From Oopsacas minuta (lineage: Eukaryota > Animalia > Porifera): 64,000 nt of DNA. Within the stretch, counting starts at the first letter, position 1, and each line of letters starts with the position of its first letter. The position numbers were made by a program, and so were the translations under genes. Location: contig JAKMXF010000233.1 in assembly GCA_024704765.1 (NCBI GenBank), positions 248,001 through 312,000 on the forward strand, written 5' to 3'. This document shows, piece after piece, positions 47,852 to 61,300 of the stretch. Under the pieces are notes generated by a model. That model worked only from the letters and a program-made list of their open reading frames with translations. It ran no database searches and was not told the origin of the DNA.

Positions 47852-49147
47852 CTACGTAACAGTTGATTGCTTACAATACTCCATCACAGCATCTGCTAAT
47901 TTAACATAATCCTCCATATCATTATGTACATGTGTTGATATACGAACAGCTAATATCCCTCTAGCTTCTTTAACCGAACATTCAATCTTCTTTTCATGAT
48001 GCAACCAGTCCTGTAGCTTTTCCCCATCGTCACTTGTACATATTTTATGTAATGGCGCTATTACTACACTCATTGAGCGGAATAATTCAGGAGCTGCTAT
48101 ACGCTGTGTTCCCCAGGTGTTTACTAGCATTGTAGCAGCTTTCCTATTCAGCCCGTGTATGTATTCACGGATATTATCAGCCCCATAATATTCCCAGAAA
48201 TCTATAGCCGTGTTCAATGCGATTAGAGCTGAATAATCCTTTGATCCAATCCAAGCAAATTCAGCTTGGAAACCGCGTGTATACCCATGGGAAATAACTA
48301 ATGGATGAATTGCGGATTGGAATTCTTTCTTTACGAAGAGAAATGCACTTCCCTTTGCGCCACAGAACCATTTATGGGCATTTGATGTGTAGAAATCTGG
48401 GTCCATGTCTGTGAGGTTTATAGGTATGTTCCCTAAGGCATGAGCACCATCTATTAACACTTTGACTCCAGATTTATGACAGATGTCAATCAATTGCTTG
48501 ACAGGTAGTAGAACAGCTGATCCGCTAGAAATGTGATCAAATACGGCAAGTTTTAGATTCGGGCACTCTTTTAAAGCTGTTTCTACGAGTTTAATGATAT
48601 ATTCATTGTTCGTTACTGGGAATTGAATTTCGCGTTCATATACAACCAATGATTTCAACTTTGCTACTTCTGATATTTGTTTGAGAACAGCAGCATAAAC
48701 AATGCTCAAATAGAGAATGCCATCTCCAGGTTGGAATGGGAAACTTTTCAATACAGCAGTAGTAGCAGTTGTGGCATTTGGTACTAGAACTACGTTGAGA
48801 GGATTAGCACTGACGAATTTCGCAACTTTTCGTATTACTGATACCAGTAGGGGTAATAGGTCACGATCTATTGCTCTCAATGGTTGTGTTTCTACGTATG
48901 TCTGCCATTTATGTGAAGTATCCAATACCTCTCTTAACACTGCACCAAATGCCCCGTGGTTCAGGAAGGTCCAAGTTGGGTCGATCAAGAAATGAGCTAA
49001 CTTCATTTCCCGCCCGAATGGCACTCGTTTTGTGAAGGTAGCTGCTTTAAAAGGCAGTAATGGGTGTGTGTATTTGTCATCTGATATGGATAATAATTCT
49101 TCTACGGTGGTGGAATTGAATGTAGATTGATATTTGTTTACTTCCAT
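47852..49147 (-). CDS. Class-V PLP-dependent enzyme, L-cysteine desulfhydrase / Egt2 / isopenicillin N epimerase-like, 431 aa, intronless
   Basis: FLNHGAFG, FDHISS, LIDGAHALG, PLP-lysine motif SNAHKWF, C-terminal VRISTHVHN. Confidence 0.85.
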   Translation of the reverse strand: MEVNKYQSTFNSTTVEELLSISDDKYTHPLLPFKAATFTKRVPFGREMKLAHFLIDPTWTFLNHGAFGAVLREVLDTSHKWQTYVETQPLRAIDRDLLPLLVSVIRKVAKFVSANPLNVVLVPNATTATTAVLKSFPFQPGDGILYLSIVYAAVLKQISEVAKLKSLVVYEREIQFPVTNNEYIIKLVETALKECPNLKLAVFDHISSGSAVLLPVKQLIDICHKSGVKVLIDGAHALGNIPINLTDMDPDFYTSNAHKWFCGAKGSAFLFVKKEFQSAIHPLVISHGYTRGFQAEFAWIGSKDYSALIALNTAIDFWEYYGADNIREYIHGLNRKAATMLVNTWGTQRIAAPELFRSMSVVIAPLHKICTSDDGEKLQDWLHHEKKIECSVKEARGILAVRISTHVHNDMEDYVKLADAVMEYCKQSTVT

Positions 49148-49193
49148 TGCTTAGCGGATTATTTTGTTCTAAAAGAATTTTAAGATTGAAATC

Positions 49194-49291
49194 CATACTT
49201 ACCAACACCTCATAATATTTTCCTAGGAGATGATCTGCTAAATGCAAAGATTTTCGAAAGTTCCTTGGAATTCTGAGGGTTGGCAAGTATG
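49194..49291. mobile_element. MITE, CATACTTGCCAAC-terminus family
   Basis: CATACTTACCAAC ... GTTGGCAAGTATG. Confidence 0.7.
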
Positions 49292-51191
49292 CACATCTTT
49301 CTGATCTATGTACGTACACAAATTTGATTTGTAAATTATGGACAGTCGAAACACCCCTCCCCCATCAGGCGCACGGGGAACACTTGGCCGCATGATACGA
49401 AGGACCCCTTATGTGTTACAAAAGCAAAATTAGAAAATGCTTAGATTGAAAAATTCGTGTCACATCAATTGATAGCTAACGTAAGGTTAAAACTTATGAT
49501 TTATTTCCACTCACAAGTTCCATGTGGAAGTAATCAGTGGATAATTGGGTTTATATTAATACTATCCATTATTACAAACCTTTCAATATCTAACTAATGC
49601 TTAACTGAATGACGTGTAGCACACGTGCAAAATACTTGTGCCCTCCAGTTCCGCCACACGTGAGATAAACAGAATGACTCCAGGGCTTATGCCCTATTAT
49701 TTTATTGTAAGCAATAATACTACATATTTAGCTGACGATTTGCTTTAATTGATTAATCTGCAAATGTTCATACTTTTGGAGCGGTTAAGCTACACATGTG
49801 CATGCACGCTATCTCTGATGAGTTCATACAGCCTAAGTCATAGGTGCCAAGTTTAGTTTTAAAGTTATAATGACCAGAGAACATTTTGTCTCCTTTTCTC
49901 AGAAATGAGTCAATATTTCGCTTAGAAATTTTAACTTCATCTAAGTTTGTAGTTCTTACCAGATCAATCAATTCCCACAAAGAAACAAACACAAACATTG
50001 AGTTTACACACGACGGTTCGCTTCCATTAAAAGTCATCTTCCCTTACCCACTAGTGAGAATATTATCTCTTAAAAAGGGATTATTTTGAATATCTTACCT
50101 CAGAACAATACTTGCAATTTAGTCATTACACTTTGTACTGTAATTTAATGTAATTTTACCTCAAAACTAGTGATAGGAAATATATAAGGTCATACCGCCC
50201 AGGGTCAGATCATGACTTCTAGATCATCTTTCTAATTAACATAATTGTTCGAGCTTTTTAATGAGAAATTGAACCGGGTTAAAGTAAGGTAGAATTACTT
50301 TCCTATTTTGTATTTGTAAAATTAACTCATATCTCATGTCCCAGAAGCGAGATAGATTAGAGTGGTCCATGAATCATGGGGCAAGGATCACCAATGGTTA
50401 CCCCATTCACCCATGGTCCACTCTGAGATAGATATAATTTGCGCATTATTGTAGGCCTTTTACAGGACGACAGATTCCTATAATATCGAGTAGACACATG
50501 AGATTTTCATTTCATGAACCATATGCTAGTCATTTCAAATTTCAATGATTTTGAAAAGTCCTACATTACTCATACACCCAAACTAGCATTTACAGTCAGT
50601 ATTGTATTACGATATTTCATATTTTCCCGATATTTTTCGTATTTTTTAGAAAATTATCATCTTGCTTGGCTATAATTTATCTATTTTATGGAATTTATTT
50701 GATTTCGGATATTAGCTAATTTTTTAAAACAGTTAAGTTCTATATTTTCATTTTTGGTTTGCAATTGGCTCAGAAAGTTTTTCTGGTGATGTGGAAGCTC
50801 GGAGAATATTTGGGGAGCCCGGGCCCCCCAGTTACATATAACACGACGCCTCCACCTACAATTCATATTTGCCAAACCTCCTTGAATACTTTGACTTCCC
50901 CGGGATCTTACTCATCATCCAGGGGGAATATTTGAAAATCCTGGGAAATTTGTGAAAGGGGCTGGTATGCTACATCAAAATTAGAATAATACGATATCTC
51001 CCAAATGCAAATTCAATACATTTCATTGGATTCAACCGCACAAATATTTCATCTAACATTCTTTGCTGTATTTAGGAATTACTGCATACTTGAACTTAGC
51101 ACTACATAGATATCAGTAACTACATAATTATCAGATCTATACCAGTAGGTATACAGAATTGTATAAATACAGAAAAAGAGAGCAGAAATAA

Positions 51192-51374
<183 letters not shown>

Positions 51375-52552
51375 CTGAGTCTATATTATACTCTCCTACA
51401 CCTGTGTGTATTGTGCTTAGATTAGAAGTTGATTTATCATATTGTGTTGTTGTTTTCCTCAATACTTGTTTATGAATCTATCGTGTTTCGTTACAACTTT
51501 ATTTAATATTTACGGGGTTGGGAAGTATAACCGTGATACGTAGACTAGTTGACGGGTTTAAGTTAGTATAAGACTAGAGGAAATCTGAAATATCCTCCCC
51601 TCCCCCCTCCATTCACGATTTGACATAACAGTTTATGCATCATCTGGATCTAGACCTTCATAGGCAAAATTCTTCCTACCAAAAAGGTCAGCCTGTACTT
51701 AAGAGATCCCTGAACTTCGATATAACGGGGATGGACTGTATCAGCTTTTGATGCATGAAATGTATTAATTAAGGGGAATTGAGAAAATGGAAATGTTATG
51801 CCTTGCGTGAAGGTATCTCAAAAATATTCAATTTTGCCATTTTCAAAGGTGTTAAACTCATTACATTCCTGTCATGTGTGCCACAAACAGAAAAGTGGCT
51901 ATATCTCAGGGAGGAGGAATGATGGGAATGCTTTGAAAATTCGCATAAATAATATACACTTTGAGTAGATTTCAAGTCTGAATAAATAATTTTAAGCATA
52001 CATAATCATTACCTTCGTAAATATTTGATTTCCAATGTTTTTACAGCTGCAAAATTATCTAGTTAATGAGTTTAACACCTTTGAAAATGGCAAAATTGAA
52101 TATTTTTGAGATACCTTCACGCAAGGCATAACATTTCCATTTTCTCAATTCCCCTTAATTAATACATTTCATGCATCAAAAGCTGATACAGTCCATCCCC
52201 GTTATATCGAAGTTCAGGGATCTCTTAAGTACAGGCTGACCTTTTTGGTAGGAAGAATTTTGCCTATGAAGGTCTAGATCCAGATGATGCATAAACTGTT
52301 ATGTCAAATCGTGAATGGAGGGGGGAGGGGAGGATATTTCAGATTTCCTCTAGTCTTATACTAACTTAAACCCGTCAACTAGTCTACGTATCACGGTTAT
52401 ACTTCCCAACCCCGTAAATATTAAATAAAGTTGTAACGAAACACGATAGATTCATAAACAAGTATTGAGGAAAACAACAACACAATATGATAAATCAACT
52501 TCTAATCTAAGCACAATACACACAGGTGTAGGAGAGTATAATATAGACTCAG

Positions 52553-52708
<156 letters not shown>

Positions 52709-53475
52709 TTAGAATTGAAAGTAATAATAGCGACTTTAGCGAGAATATATTTTAACTCAATCAGCTCTGTATTTATGCAAATCAGTATCCCTACTGACTT
52801 GTCTGTAACACGAGTTTATCAGGGATACACCATGCATTTAGCTAAGATAATTGCAGGAGAGATTATTTTACCAGTGCATTGGAAATCTAGCAAAGCTAAA
52901 ACAATTCGTCCTTTTTGGTACATTTTGCGAATCATAGCACTCAACATTCCCCGAGCAATTGGCAAGTACATCTGTTTTTTGTTCGAATAGGTGGTGGGTA
53001 TTACTGTAGTGATAGCTCAGTGTTAGGTACCTTCGCCTTACTAGACGGAACCGTTAGGAGCGTATGTCTTTGTAATAGGGACCATTAGATACTGGAAGAT
53101 CAATAGCATAGGACAGCGCCGGCAGCGGTTTCAAAAATGTATTGAAGTCTTTAGAGGATATCCACAAAATGTGTTAAAATTGTATAGGGGGTCTACGAGT
53201 GAAAAAGTTTGGGAACAGCTGGTATAACAGGGTCGGCTGTATAAATAATGTTAGTTCTATGGGCCATGAATCAGCATAGCCGCCCAGCTTTCCATGACTT
53301 TCCACTACCCTGTATAGGGTGACCATATTGCTGTTTTAGCCAGTTTTTTCCCGTGACAATTATATACTACAGTGTAGACTGCACGGTATTGATCTTAAGG
53401 TGGCTATAGCCCTCAATAGTTAGGAAATATGTTCTTATTTATGAATATTTTTCAGCTCATCTTCAGCTTTATAAC

Positions 53476-56088
53476 ATGAACCAAACGGATGCAGTTAGTA
53501 TTGCGAATGAAATATTTCAAAAGAAATCATTAGTGGAGATCCGTGCAATAGAGGCTAAGCTCCGTTCTCAAGTGAAAGAGAAGAGAGAAGACCTTAGACA
53601 GACAGTAGGAGAGCAGTATAGGAACGTTATTGACTCCGGGGAGAATGTTAGTATCATGCAGAATAACTGTATGAATATTAAAAATTCCCTTACGAATCTC
53701 ACTCAACGTTTGAATACTAATCTGAAAGATACTCTGAAAAGGGATTGTACTCCTAGTTACAATACTGGTAGTCAGGAATGTGAGTATTCACAAGGATTAG
53801 CACAGCTTTACAATACACCATCAGGGATATGGTCAGCACTGGCTAATGGTAAATTCTTCAAAGCAACTATTTTATATGTAAAATCGCGGCAATTTATTTC
53901 AAAATTCAAGTTGTTGGACTTGGATTCGGAATATGCTAGATCTTTGTTTATTACTAGCCCCGTTCTATGTGATCATGTACGTATATCACATTCACTAGAA
54001 ACTAGTGTGCTTACATATACGATAAACGGGCTGGGTCGAGCCCAAAATCCTGAGTCATTGACTGAAAATTTAATCGCATTACAAATAATGCGGAATTGTA
54101 CGACAGAAGAAATTTTCCGCGATTTTCTACACTCAAGGCGTAATGCATTGTGGGGTGTATTTGATATGCCAGAGCAAGGTCCGCCACTTACTACACGACA
54201 ACAGCTTACCGAAATTTCACAACTCCTCATTTCAACATTATACGATATAAAGTGTATATTTTTCCCAAACAAATCGAACAATGAAATTCTCATTCATTTG
54301 ATAAAAAATAAAATGTGTGTGAACGAGGATATTTTTCATTTATTGGATAATAGTGAAGCAAATATGAAATTCATTCAAACTGAATTGAAAAGTTGGATTG
54401 AAAATGTCGAGCATGGATTGAAACCAAAAATAGCGGAAAGTCTCGTGTTTGTAACAACCACGAAAGGTCTCACTTCTATTCGGGATTTCATATTGGAGTC
54501 TCTGAACCAGTTTATACGTGAAATAAACCGCGATTCTTTTGGGGAAAATCCTATCTCTGAATCACATGATTTCTTGAAGATACTTTGTATTGAGGTTATT
54601 GGTGAATCGAAGGATATTTGGGAAATATTTATTGGAAATCCACTGCTCGCGAAAATGGAGAATTTACTCTGTGAGAATTTCCACGAAGTTGTCAGCAGGT
54701 TTTCAAGTTCTCTAGATGAATGTATTGGGAATGTATCTTCACTTGAGTTACGAGATTTTAGCAATTCTGAAGTGAATCTGGCGAACTTTTTATGGAATTT
54801 TAATGAAAATTCTGAGCAAAAAACCAAAAATCTCATTTCCCAAGTTTTAGGCTGTACTCCGAATATTACAAAACTTTGTCAAATTCTCGATGATCTCTTA
54901 GAATCTTTACAAAATGAAATACATAATTTTATTACTCCAAATCAAACGAGAAAGCTCGCATTCTCACTCCCAGACTATAGCAACAAAATTTCGCACCTTT
55001 TGCAGTCAAATTGTTCACATGCTCTATCTAGTATAATTACATTGATAAGTGACAAAATCGCGAAACTTTCCGATAGTTATTACAAACTATACCTTGATTC
55101 TGTTCCCACCCAAAACACCTTGAACACCCTCGTATTCTTGGGAAGATTAGGTGTCAATATCCGCGAAAATTGCAAAGTCCTCGAATCTATTTTGGAGCGA
55201 AAAGAATCCGATCAGTGGAAAGCTAACAAAACGAAACTTATCGAGTCAATGCGACCCGCATTTGGACCATGGATACACCAAATCGTAAATAGAACATCCG
55301 AATTCCTTAGTTCATCACTTGAAGAATTCACCGAACTTTCACACCTTTCCCTATTCACCTCAGAATGGCCAGAAGTGATTATTGAAGAGGAAAGAGAAGA
55401 TGGACAAAAACACGAAACATCGACCTGCCTTCCGACTAGACCCTCCCCTATTCTCTACCAAACAATATTTATTATTTGTCAAGAAATCCATAGAATTGTA
55501 TTATCAGATCAAATTGTGTTACAGCAATTATCTGATGCAGTAATTAACAAATTCATTGAAATATATAAAAAGTATATTGAAAATAGTAAGAAGAGATTTC
55601 ATATTCCTCAAAATCTTTCACTACAACTACTATTTGATGTAAAATGGCTTTTGAATGTTATCCCGCATTGCGAAACTACTCCTGCTATTAACCGCGATAT
55701 AAACACGGTCCTTGTGTTGATTGAGGATGCAATCGATCCATTCGATTTAGATGTATACAAACCTTATATTCATACGGCAATACAAACTCAATTGCAGTTA
55801 AATTCAGTACTGTTTGGTAGCTTCACTAGTCTCATTCGTAAACAAATACCTAAACAACAACAATTGACACCACAAGCACCACATTTTGAGAGTAAAATAC
55901 ACAATATTATCCCTCTGGCGCCGAATATTTCGAGATTCATTTTACTTCCGGTTAGCTCAACTCAGAAACCTGACAATCAAACGAAAAATAAACTCTCAAA
56001 CACCAAAATTGACAGTTCATCTAGTAATATTAACTATATTGATAGCGAATTACAGTTCTTTGCTAACTTTATTAAAAATTCGTTATGA
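53476..56088 (+). CDS. COG1: Conserved oligomeric Golgi complex subunit 1, 870 aa, intronless
   Basis: Vps51/COG1-type N-terminus EIRAIEAKLRSQVKEKREDLRQTVGEQYRNVI; C-terminal LQLLFDVKWL and IEDAIDPFDLDVY. Confidence 0.88.
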   Translation: MNQTDAVSIANEIFQKKSLVEIRAIEAKLRSQVKEKREDLRQTVGEQYRNVIDSGENVSIMQNNCMNIKNSLTNLTQRLNTNLKDTLKRDCTPSYNTGSQECEYSQGLAQLYNTPSGIWSALANGKFFKATILYVKSRQFISKFKLLDLDSEYARSLFITSPVLCDHVRISHSLETSVLTYTINGLGRAQNPESLTENLIALQIMRNCTTEEIFRDFLHSRRNALWGVFDMPEQGPPLTTRQQLTEISQLLISTLYDIKCIFFPNKSNNEILIHLIKNKMCVNEDIFHLLDNSEANMKFIQTELKSWIENVEHGLKPKIAESLVFVTTTKGLTSIRDFILESLNQFIREINRDSFGENPISESHDFLKILCIEVIGESKDIWEIFIGNPLLAKMENLLCENFHEVVSRFSSSLDECIGNVSSLELRDFSNSEVNLANFLWNFNENSEQKTKNLISQVLGCTPNITKLCQILDDLLESLQNEIHNFITPNQTRKLAFSLPDYSNKISHLLQSNCSHALSSIITLISDKIAKLSDSYYKLYLDSVPTQNTLNTLVFLGRLGVNIRENCKVLESILERKESDQWKANKTKLIESMRPAFGPWIHQIVNRTSEFLSSSLEEFTELSHLSLFTSEWPEVIIEEEREDGQKHETSTCLPTRPSPILYQTIFIICQEIHRIVLSDQIVLQQLSDAVINKFIEIYKKYIENSKKRFHIPQNLSLQLLFDVKWLLNVIPHCETTPAINRDINTVLVLIEDAIDPFDLDVYKPYIHTAIQTQLQLNSVLFGSFTSLIRKQIPKQQQLTPQAPHFESKIHNIIPLAPNISRFILLPVSSTQKPDNQTKNKLSNTKIDSSSSNINYIDSELQFFANFIKNSL

Positions 56089-56389
56089 TTATGACAAATA
56101 TGTTTACGTCATACAAATATTGAATGTAAATATTTGAAATTTATAATAATAGGAATCCTGTTAGCCAATCTCATAGAGTATATGGCTACATAAGTATATT
56201 CATTATTTGAAGAGTATTTCTTTTTCACTAGAATTATAATCACTAGTAGGCCTTTTCAAGGCGCGTATTAATATGAGAGATTATTGTTGCTGTTTTCTGT
56301 CCAATTTATTAACATGCATACAGACTTGTAGTGGCGTCGTGCTACCAATTATAACACGTTATGTGATCCCCCTCTCATAGACTACTTAC

Positions 56390-56767
56390 TAGAGATGCAC
56401 CGGATATGAAAATTTCCCATCCGGCCGGATACCGGATACTTTTGTTAATATTTGGGTACTCTACCTAGCTCAGTATATAGCGAAAGATTATTTAGTAGTG
56501 CTGGAATTGTATTTGAAGAAAGGCGCAACAGATTGTCACCTGATAAAGGAGAGCATCTCCTCTTTATTCAGAAAAATTTAGGATTATTAGTTCCATTATT
56601 AGTGTCTCGATAGGTTTGTTATCGCGCAGTATATCTAAGACTAAACATTTGAGTTATTGTACGTAGATTACATCAAATCATGCATTTTGTCTATTTATGG
56701 TATTATCCGGCATATCAATGAAATTGGCCGGATGCCGGATAGAAACCAGATATCCGGTGCATCTCTA
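56390..56767 (+). mobile_element. Internally deleted hAT transposon, 378 bp
   Basis: CTACTTAC|TAGAGATGCACCGGAT ... ATCCGGTGCATCTCTA|CTACTTAC (16-bp perfect TIR, 8-bp perfect TSD). 56449-56613 encodes YLGTLPSSVYSERLFSSAGIVFEERRNRLSPDKGEHLLFIQKNL, the hAT C-terminal dimerisation motif. Confidence 0.93.
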
Positions 56768-57867
56768 CTACTTACAATTCAAATATTTGATTCTGTGGCC
56801 CCCTGGTGTCTTCTATGGACGACCAAGGGGTCCATAACACCCAGGTAGGGAACCGTTACCATTGGGCAAGAAAGGTCCGTGCCCAAAATCTAATGACGGA
56901 CCTGTACCCGACATGTCTGTCTTCCTTTTCAATTCTTTTTTGTGTATCTTTGCATTATGAATACAGCCTTTGTTATATGCTAAGAGAAATTTTATTTTAT
57001 ATGGAGAAATTACTTAAGTTTTCATTTCTACAGCATTAACATTACTGTATATGATTTTATTTAATAATTCTGTAATCAGTGCTTGATTAATTGGCTACAT
57101 AAATACACACGGAAAATACCAAATAATAGAGTAATATTTACTCAATTAAGATGCTATAAAGAAATAATGGACTGTTAGAACTCGGATAAGTTATTACAGC
57201 AACCTTCTAAAAGGTATATTGAATGCTGGCTTCTGTTAATAATTATATTTACTTGAATTCTTATCAGTCTTATCTGTGTCGTGTCTGGTTTATTTGGAAT
57301 TTCTGATGTAATACAACTGTTTATATCCTTTTGTAAGCAAACTTCAAAAGAATGTTCGTTTAAAGGTTTTATTGCCCCTTCATATCATTCCTATATCATA
57401 TCATACTCTCCAGCTCTCTCGCATCCCAGGATTTTATTCAAGAAGTCCAAGGAATATTTGCCAATTTCCATGCTTTTTTTACCAAATAATTACCTGAAGT
57501 TGTATGGATGTAAACTTGGAAATCCATTAAAGTTTTCGAAAATTCCGGGATTAGCAAATAAGACCCAAGAAATTATTCTTATAAGGGAGTATGCTAGATA
57601 AAATTATGGTACAAATATTCAAATTCTATCTCTCCCAATTGGAGTCGATCTTTGTTAGTCATTTACTTTCAATTGCTACCTGATTATTATACCTATATAT
57701 TAATTCTATACTTCCTTTTAGTGTTAGGGGTATACCGGTATACACATCCTCGTGAGGGATATATTGAAAGTATTTCAAATTATGCGCACAAATGAGTAAA
57801 CTTCTACAAATTCTAAGTGGAATATGACTTGCAAAGTTAGACATTAAAGGTGGCTTTGATACAAACA

Positions 57868-58037
57868 CAGTCAATTCCCCGTTTTATCGAAGCTCAAGGG
57901 ACAGCGATAATTACTTCAATATGAACGGAGCTGAGTTTATATTACCGATGGAATATATGTTACTTTGACGGTTTGGGACCATATTTGTACAATTACAGAC
58001 TTCGATATTAGCGGGTATTTTAACCTGAGTTGACCTG
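57868..58037. mobile_element. Degenerate copy of the CAGTCAACTCCCG MITE family
   Basis: CAGTCAATTCCCCGTTTTATCGAAGCTCAAGGGAC ... TTACTTTGACGGTTTGG ... AGCGGGTATT ... GAGTTGAC. Confidence 0.7.
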
Positions 58038-58381
58038 TTGAATTATCGCATTTATTTAACACATATCCTTTTGTTAAGAGTAATATAGAAATCAGTAATT
58101 GTTAGTAAATAATAGATAATTTGATCTTTTCATTAATTACCATCACCCTAGTGTTTTATAACAGACACAATGGGAATTGTCTTTTGTCTGTTGTTGTACG
58201 TACTGAGTTGATTGTATGTTAAGCACATAATTAGGAACATAGGACACTCACGGGTCTATAAATTTCCAAAAGTCTGACAGTGGAATCTTGTTTGATTGAT
58301 CGTTAGTGTTCTTATTACTTACTTTATATTAGAATTAGAAAGGTAGATAAATAGGATTGCTATCGATTTAATTCTGAAGTA

Positions 58382-61300
58382 ATGACAACGAATAATGAAG
58401 AAGTAAAGGAAATCAATATAGAATCAGCTCAGCCATTAACCAATGCACTCCTTGACGATTCACCCCCAGGAAAACTCCCAAAACAGAGCTCAACTGTTGG
58501 CGCAATTACATCTCCATTTGATGTTGGTTCTGATGAACTTCTTGATATTATCGGTGATAGAAGTACACAGGGAGTGATTGTACGTGCTGAGGCTGCTGGT
58601 GGGGTTAAACTGCTTGCTGAGAAATTACATACTGATTTGATACAGGGACTGTCTGCACATGATAATTATGCTACTAGGTCTCAAGTGTTTGGACAAAATA
58701 TACTGCCTAAAGGGAAGGAGAGGAATTTACTTCGGATTTTACTTGAAGCTGCTAGTGATAAGTGAGTTTATTTATATTTAAGCCTGGTCCCAAATTGACT
58801 TTGACCGAAATTCGCGAATTTGAATATGAACAATTTTTACTAAATTTCCTGTGCATAGTGATTATCTTAAATATTTCAGGAATTCACGTTATATTGTATT
58901 CCAGCGGGTCCCAGCGGTCTATGGGCCCCTTGGTGGTCCACCGAGGACAGCAGGGGTCCACAGAATGTGTTGAAATTGGCTTAGGGGTTCCACGCGACCA
59001 CGGGTGAATAAGGTTGTAAACAGCTGCTGTATTCACTATACCCGTTTATATTCTAGACTACTGATAATTTTAACAGTCCTCGCCCTGGTATCAATAGTCT
59101 TACAAGTTGCATTCTCACAACCTGAAGAGAGACATCTAGCATGGTTGGAGGGAGCTGCTATATTAGCTGCGGTTGTCATAGTGATAGCTGTGGGCTCTGG
59201 GAATGATTGGTCTAAAGAGAGACAGTTTAGACAATTGAATAAGAAACTGGAAAGATCTGAACCTTCTACTGTTATAAGGTTAGTTCAGGTATATTATACG
59301 CCAAATCACAGAGTTATCCCAGGGCTGTAGCAAGCAGATTTTAATTGTTCAGGTTAACTTATATGAAATATATGGAGCAGCCAAAGTTAGTTTGAGAAAT
59401 GTTTTTTTCCTGTTATGCTTCTACAGGATCTCCAGCATTTACTGGTTATCATTTTGACTGTATCTTTGAGTGCTTATCTTATTCCTTAATTAATAATATT
59501 AATGGACATTCCTTTGCGATAAGAACGTTGTTAAGATATTCTCATCACTTTTAATACAATAATATTGTACTAATTTAATCCCCATTGAAGCCTGTTAATA
59601 TTACAACACCATGTTACATGAAGCCTTCATTGGAATTTAACATATTTTCATGTTTGACTGTTTTAAGAGATAAGCTGATGGCTTCTAATTCAGACAGTCT
59701 CATATACTAATTAAATAGGATATTGATATGAGGAATACACAGCTTAGATGTGTATCTGTTTCTCTGCTGTTTAGATTACTTTCACTGGTTTCTAATTAGA
59801 AAGGAAGTGAATCTATTATCCGTTTCGTTAACTACAGTTAAGTCTGTTTTTACAGCTGACCTAATGGCTAAACAAAGCTTAATCGTGCTAGTTATGTACA
59901 GTAATCTCCCGTTATAACCAAGTCGGATATAACGAAACTCCTTTTTAACGAAGTTATCCCCTATGGCATGCGGTCCACGTCTTGTGATTGAAGGTCTGCT
60001 GCCCAATTGGGAAACGCTTGAAAGTAGTTGATCTTACTCCGCTTATAACAGTATGAAACTGTAGCATATGGGTGCAATAGAAATATTTCCATATAATTGT
60101 ATTTTATCCATTTGGCTCTTATATCAACAAGATTTCTTACTGAACCAATCAATATTCCCATGAAAATTAATATTAACAAACCATGGATATCATTATATTA
60201 TCTGTTCTATTAGGGCTGGAGAAAGTAAAGAGATTCCTCAGATAGAGGTACTAGTGGGAGATGTGGTTAGTTTGAAGTCAGGTGATAGAATACCAGCTGA
60301 TGGACTACTGATTAGAGGGAATGAGCTGAGAGCCGATCAGAGTTCTTTAACTGGTTAGAATATTTGGATAATGCTAGTTATTCTATTGAACTCTTGCATA
60401 TTCAGATATCTCTGTTAAATCGTATATTAGCATTCTATGATTCATGCTTGCCAATTGTCTCACTTCTGATACAGTCACTCCTGTTATAACATCAAGATAT
60501 CTGCTTATATGGAAATTTGTAATTGTACAAATATTGTCCCTTTTAGCTTCGATTTAACGGGAGTTACTGCATATTAATCGTTAGACAAGGCTACACATTG
60601 AATTGTATGAAACCGTGGATATAAAGTCCCTAAGACATATCTCTTCAATTTACATATTTCTTATTTTAACCTAGCTAATATTTCTTTAGGTGAAACATAT
60701 CAAATAGGAAAGACTAAAGAGAAAGACATACTGCTGTACGGAGGTACAGAGATACGTGAAGGCACTGGCACAATGCTGGTTATAGCTGTAGGTATAAATA
60801 CTGAGAATGGACGTATAGTTAATTTGTTGACGGGAGGGACTGCTAAGAAAAAGAAAAAGGAACAGAAGGAGGATATTAATGGAAAAGATGGTGGTAATAT
60901 TGAAATGGAAGGGGGGGGCTCTTCGTTCAAGAATTCTTTGAATTTGAAACAGAAATGGCAAGAGAGGAAAGAGAGGAAGAGACAAGGTATTTGACAAAAT
61001 GTTGCTCCTATCATGCTTATTAGTTAATTAATCATGGATGGCGTATTTAATCAGGTAAAGGATTGAAATGATTATTACTCCCTTTTAGAAGAGGAAGAAG
61101 GAGAAAGGTTCCAGGCTCCAAGTTCTACAGAAGGTACAATACTACAGAAGAAGTTAACAGTGATAGCTGCACGTATCGGATACTTCGGTCTGATTATTGG
61201 TATATTAACTTCTCTAGCTTTGCTTATTAGACATTTTGCTGATGTCAAATCGTTTGAAGCCAATAGAGATTTGGAGAGAATTGTTCAGATTATTTCTACT

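Noticed and set aside
51690-52240. Thymosin palindrome as a composite transposon or product of the embedded MITE ends
   Set aside because: The two MITE termini face outward and lie well inside the arms; the arm boundaries (51223/52704 and 51863/52064) show no TIR or TSD.
61055-61088. Alternative PMCA acceptor at 61054 (AATCAG)
   Set aside because: It introduces an in-frame TGA within six codons; the acceptor at 61088 keeps the frame.
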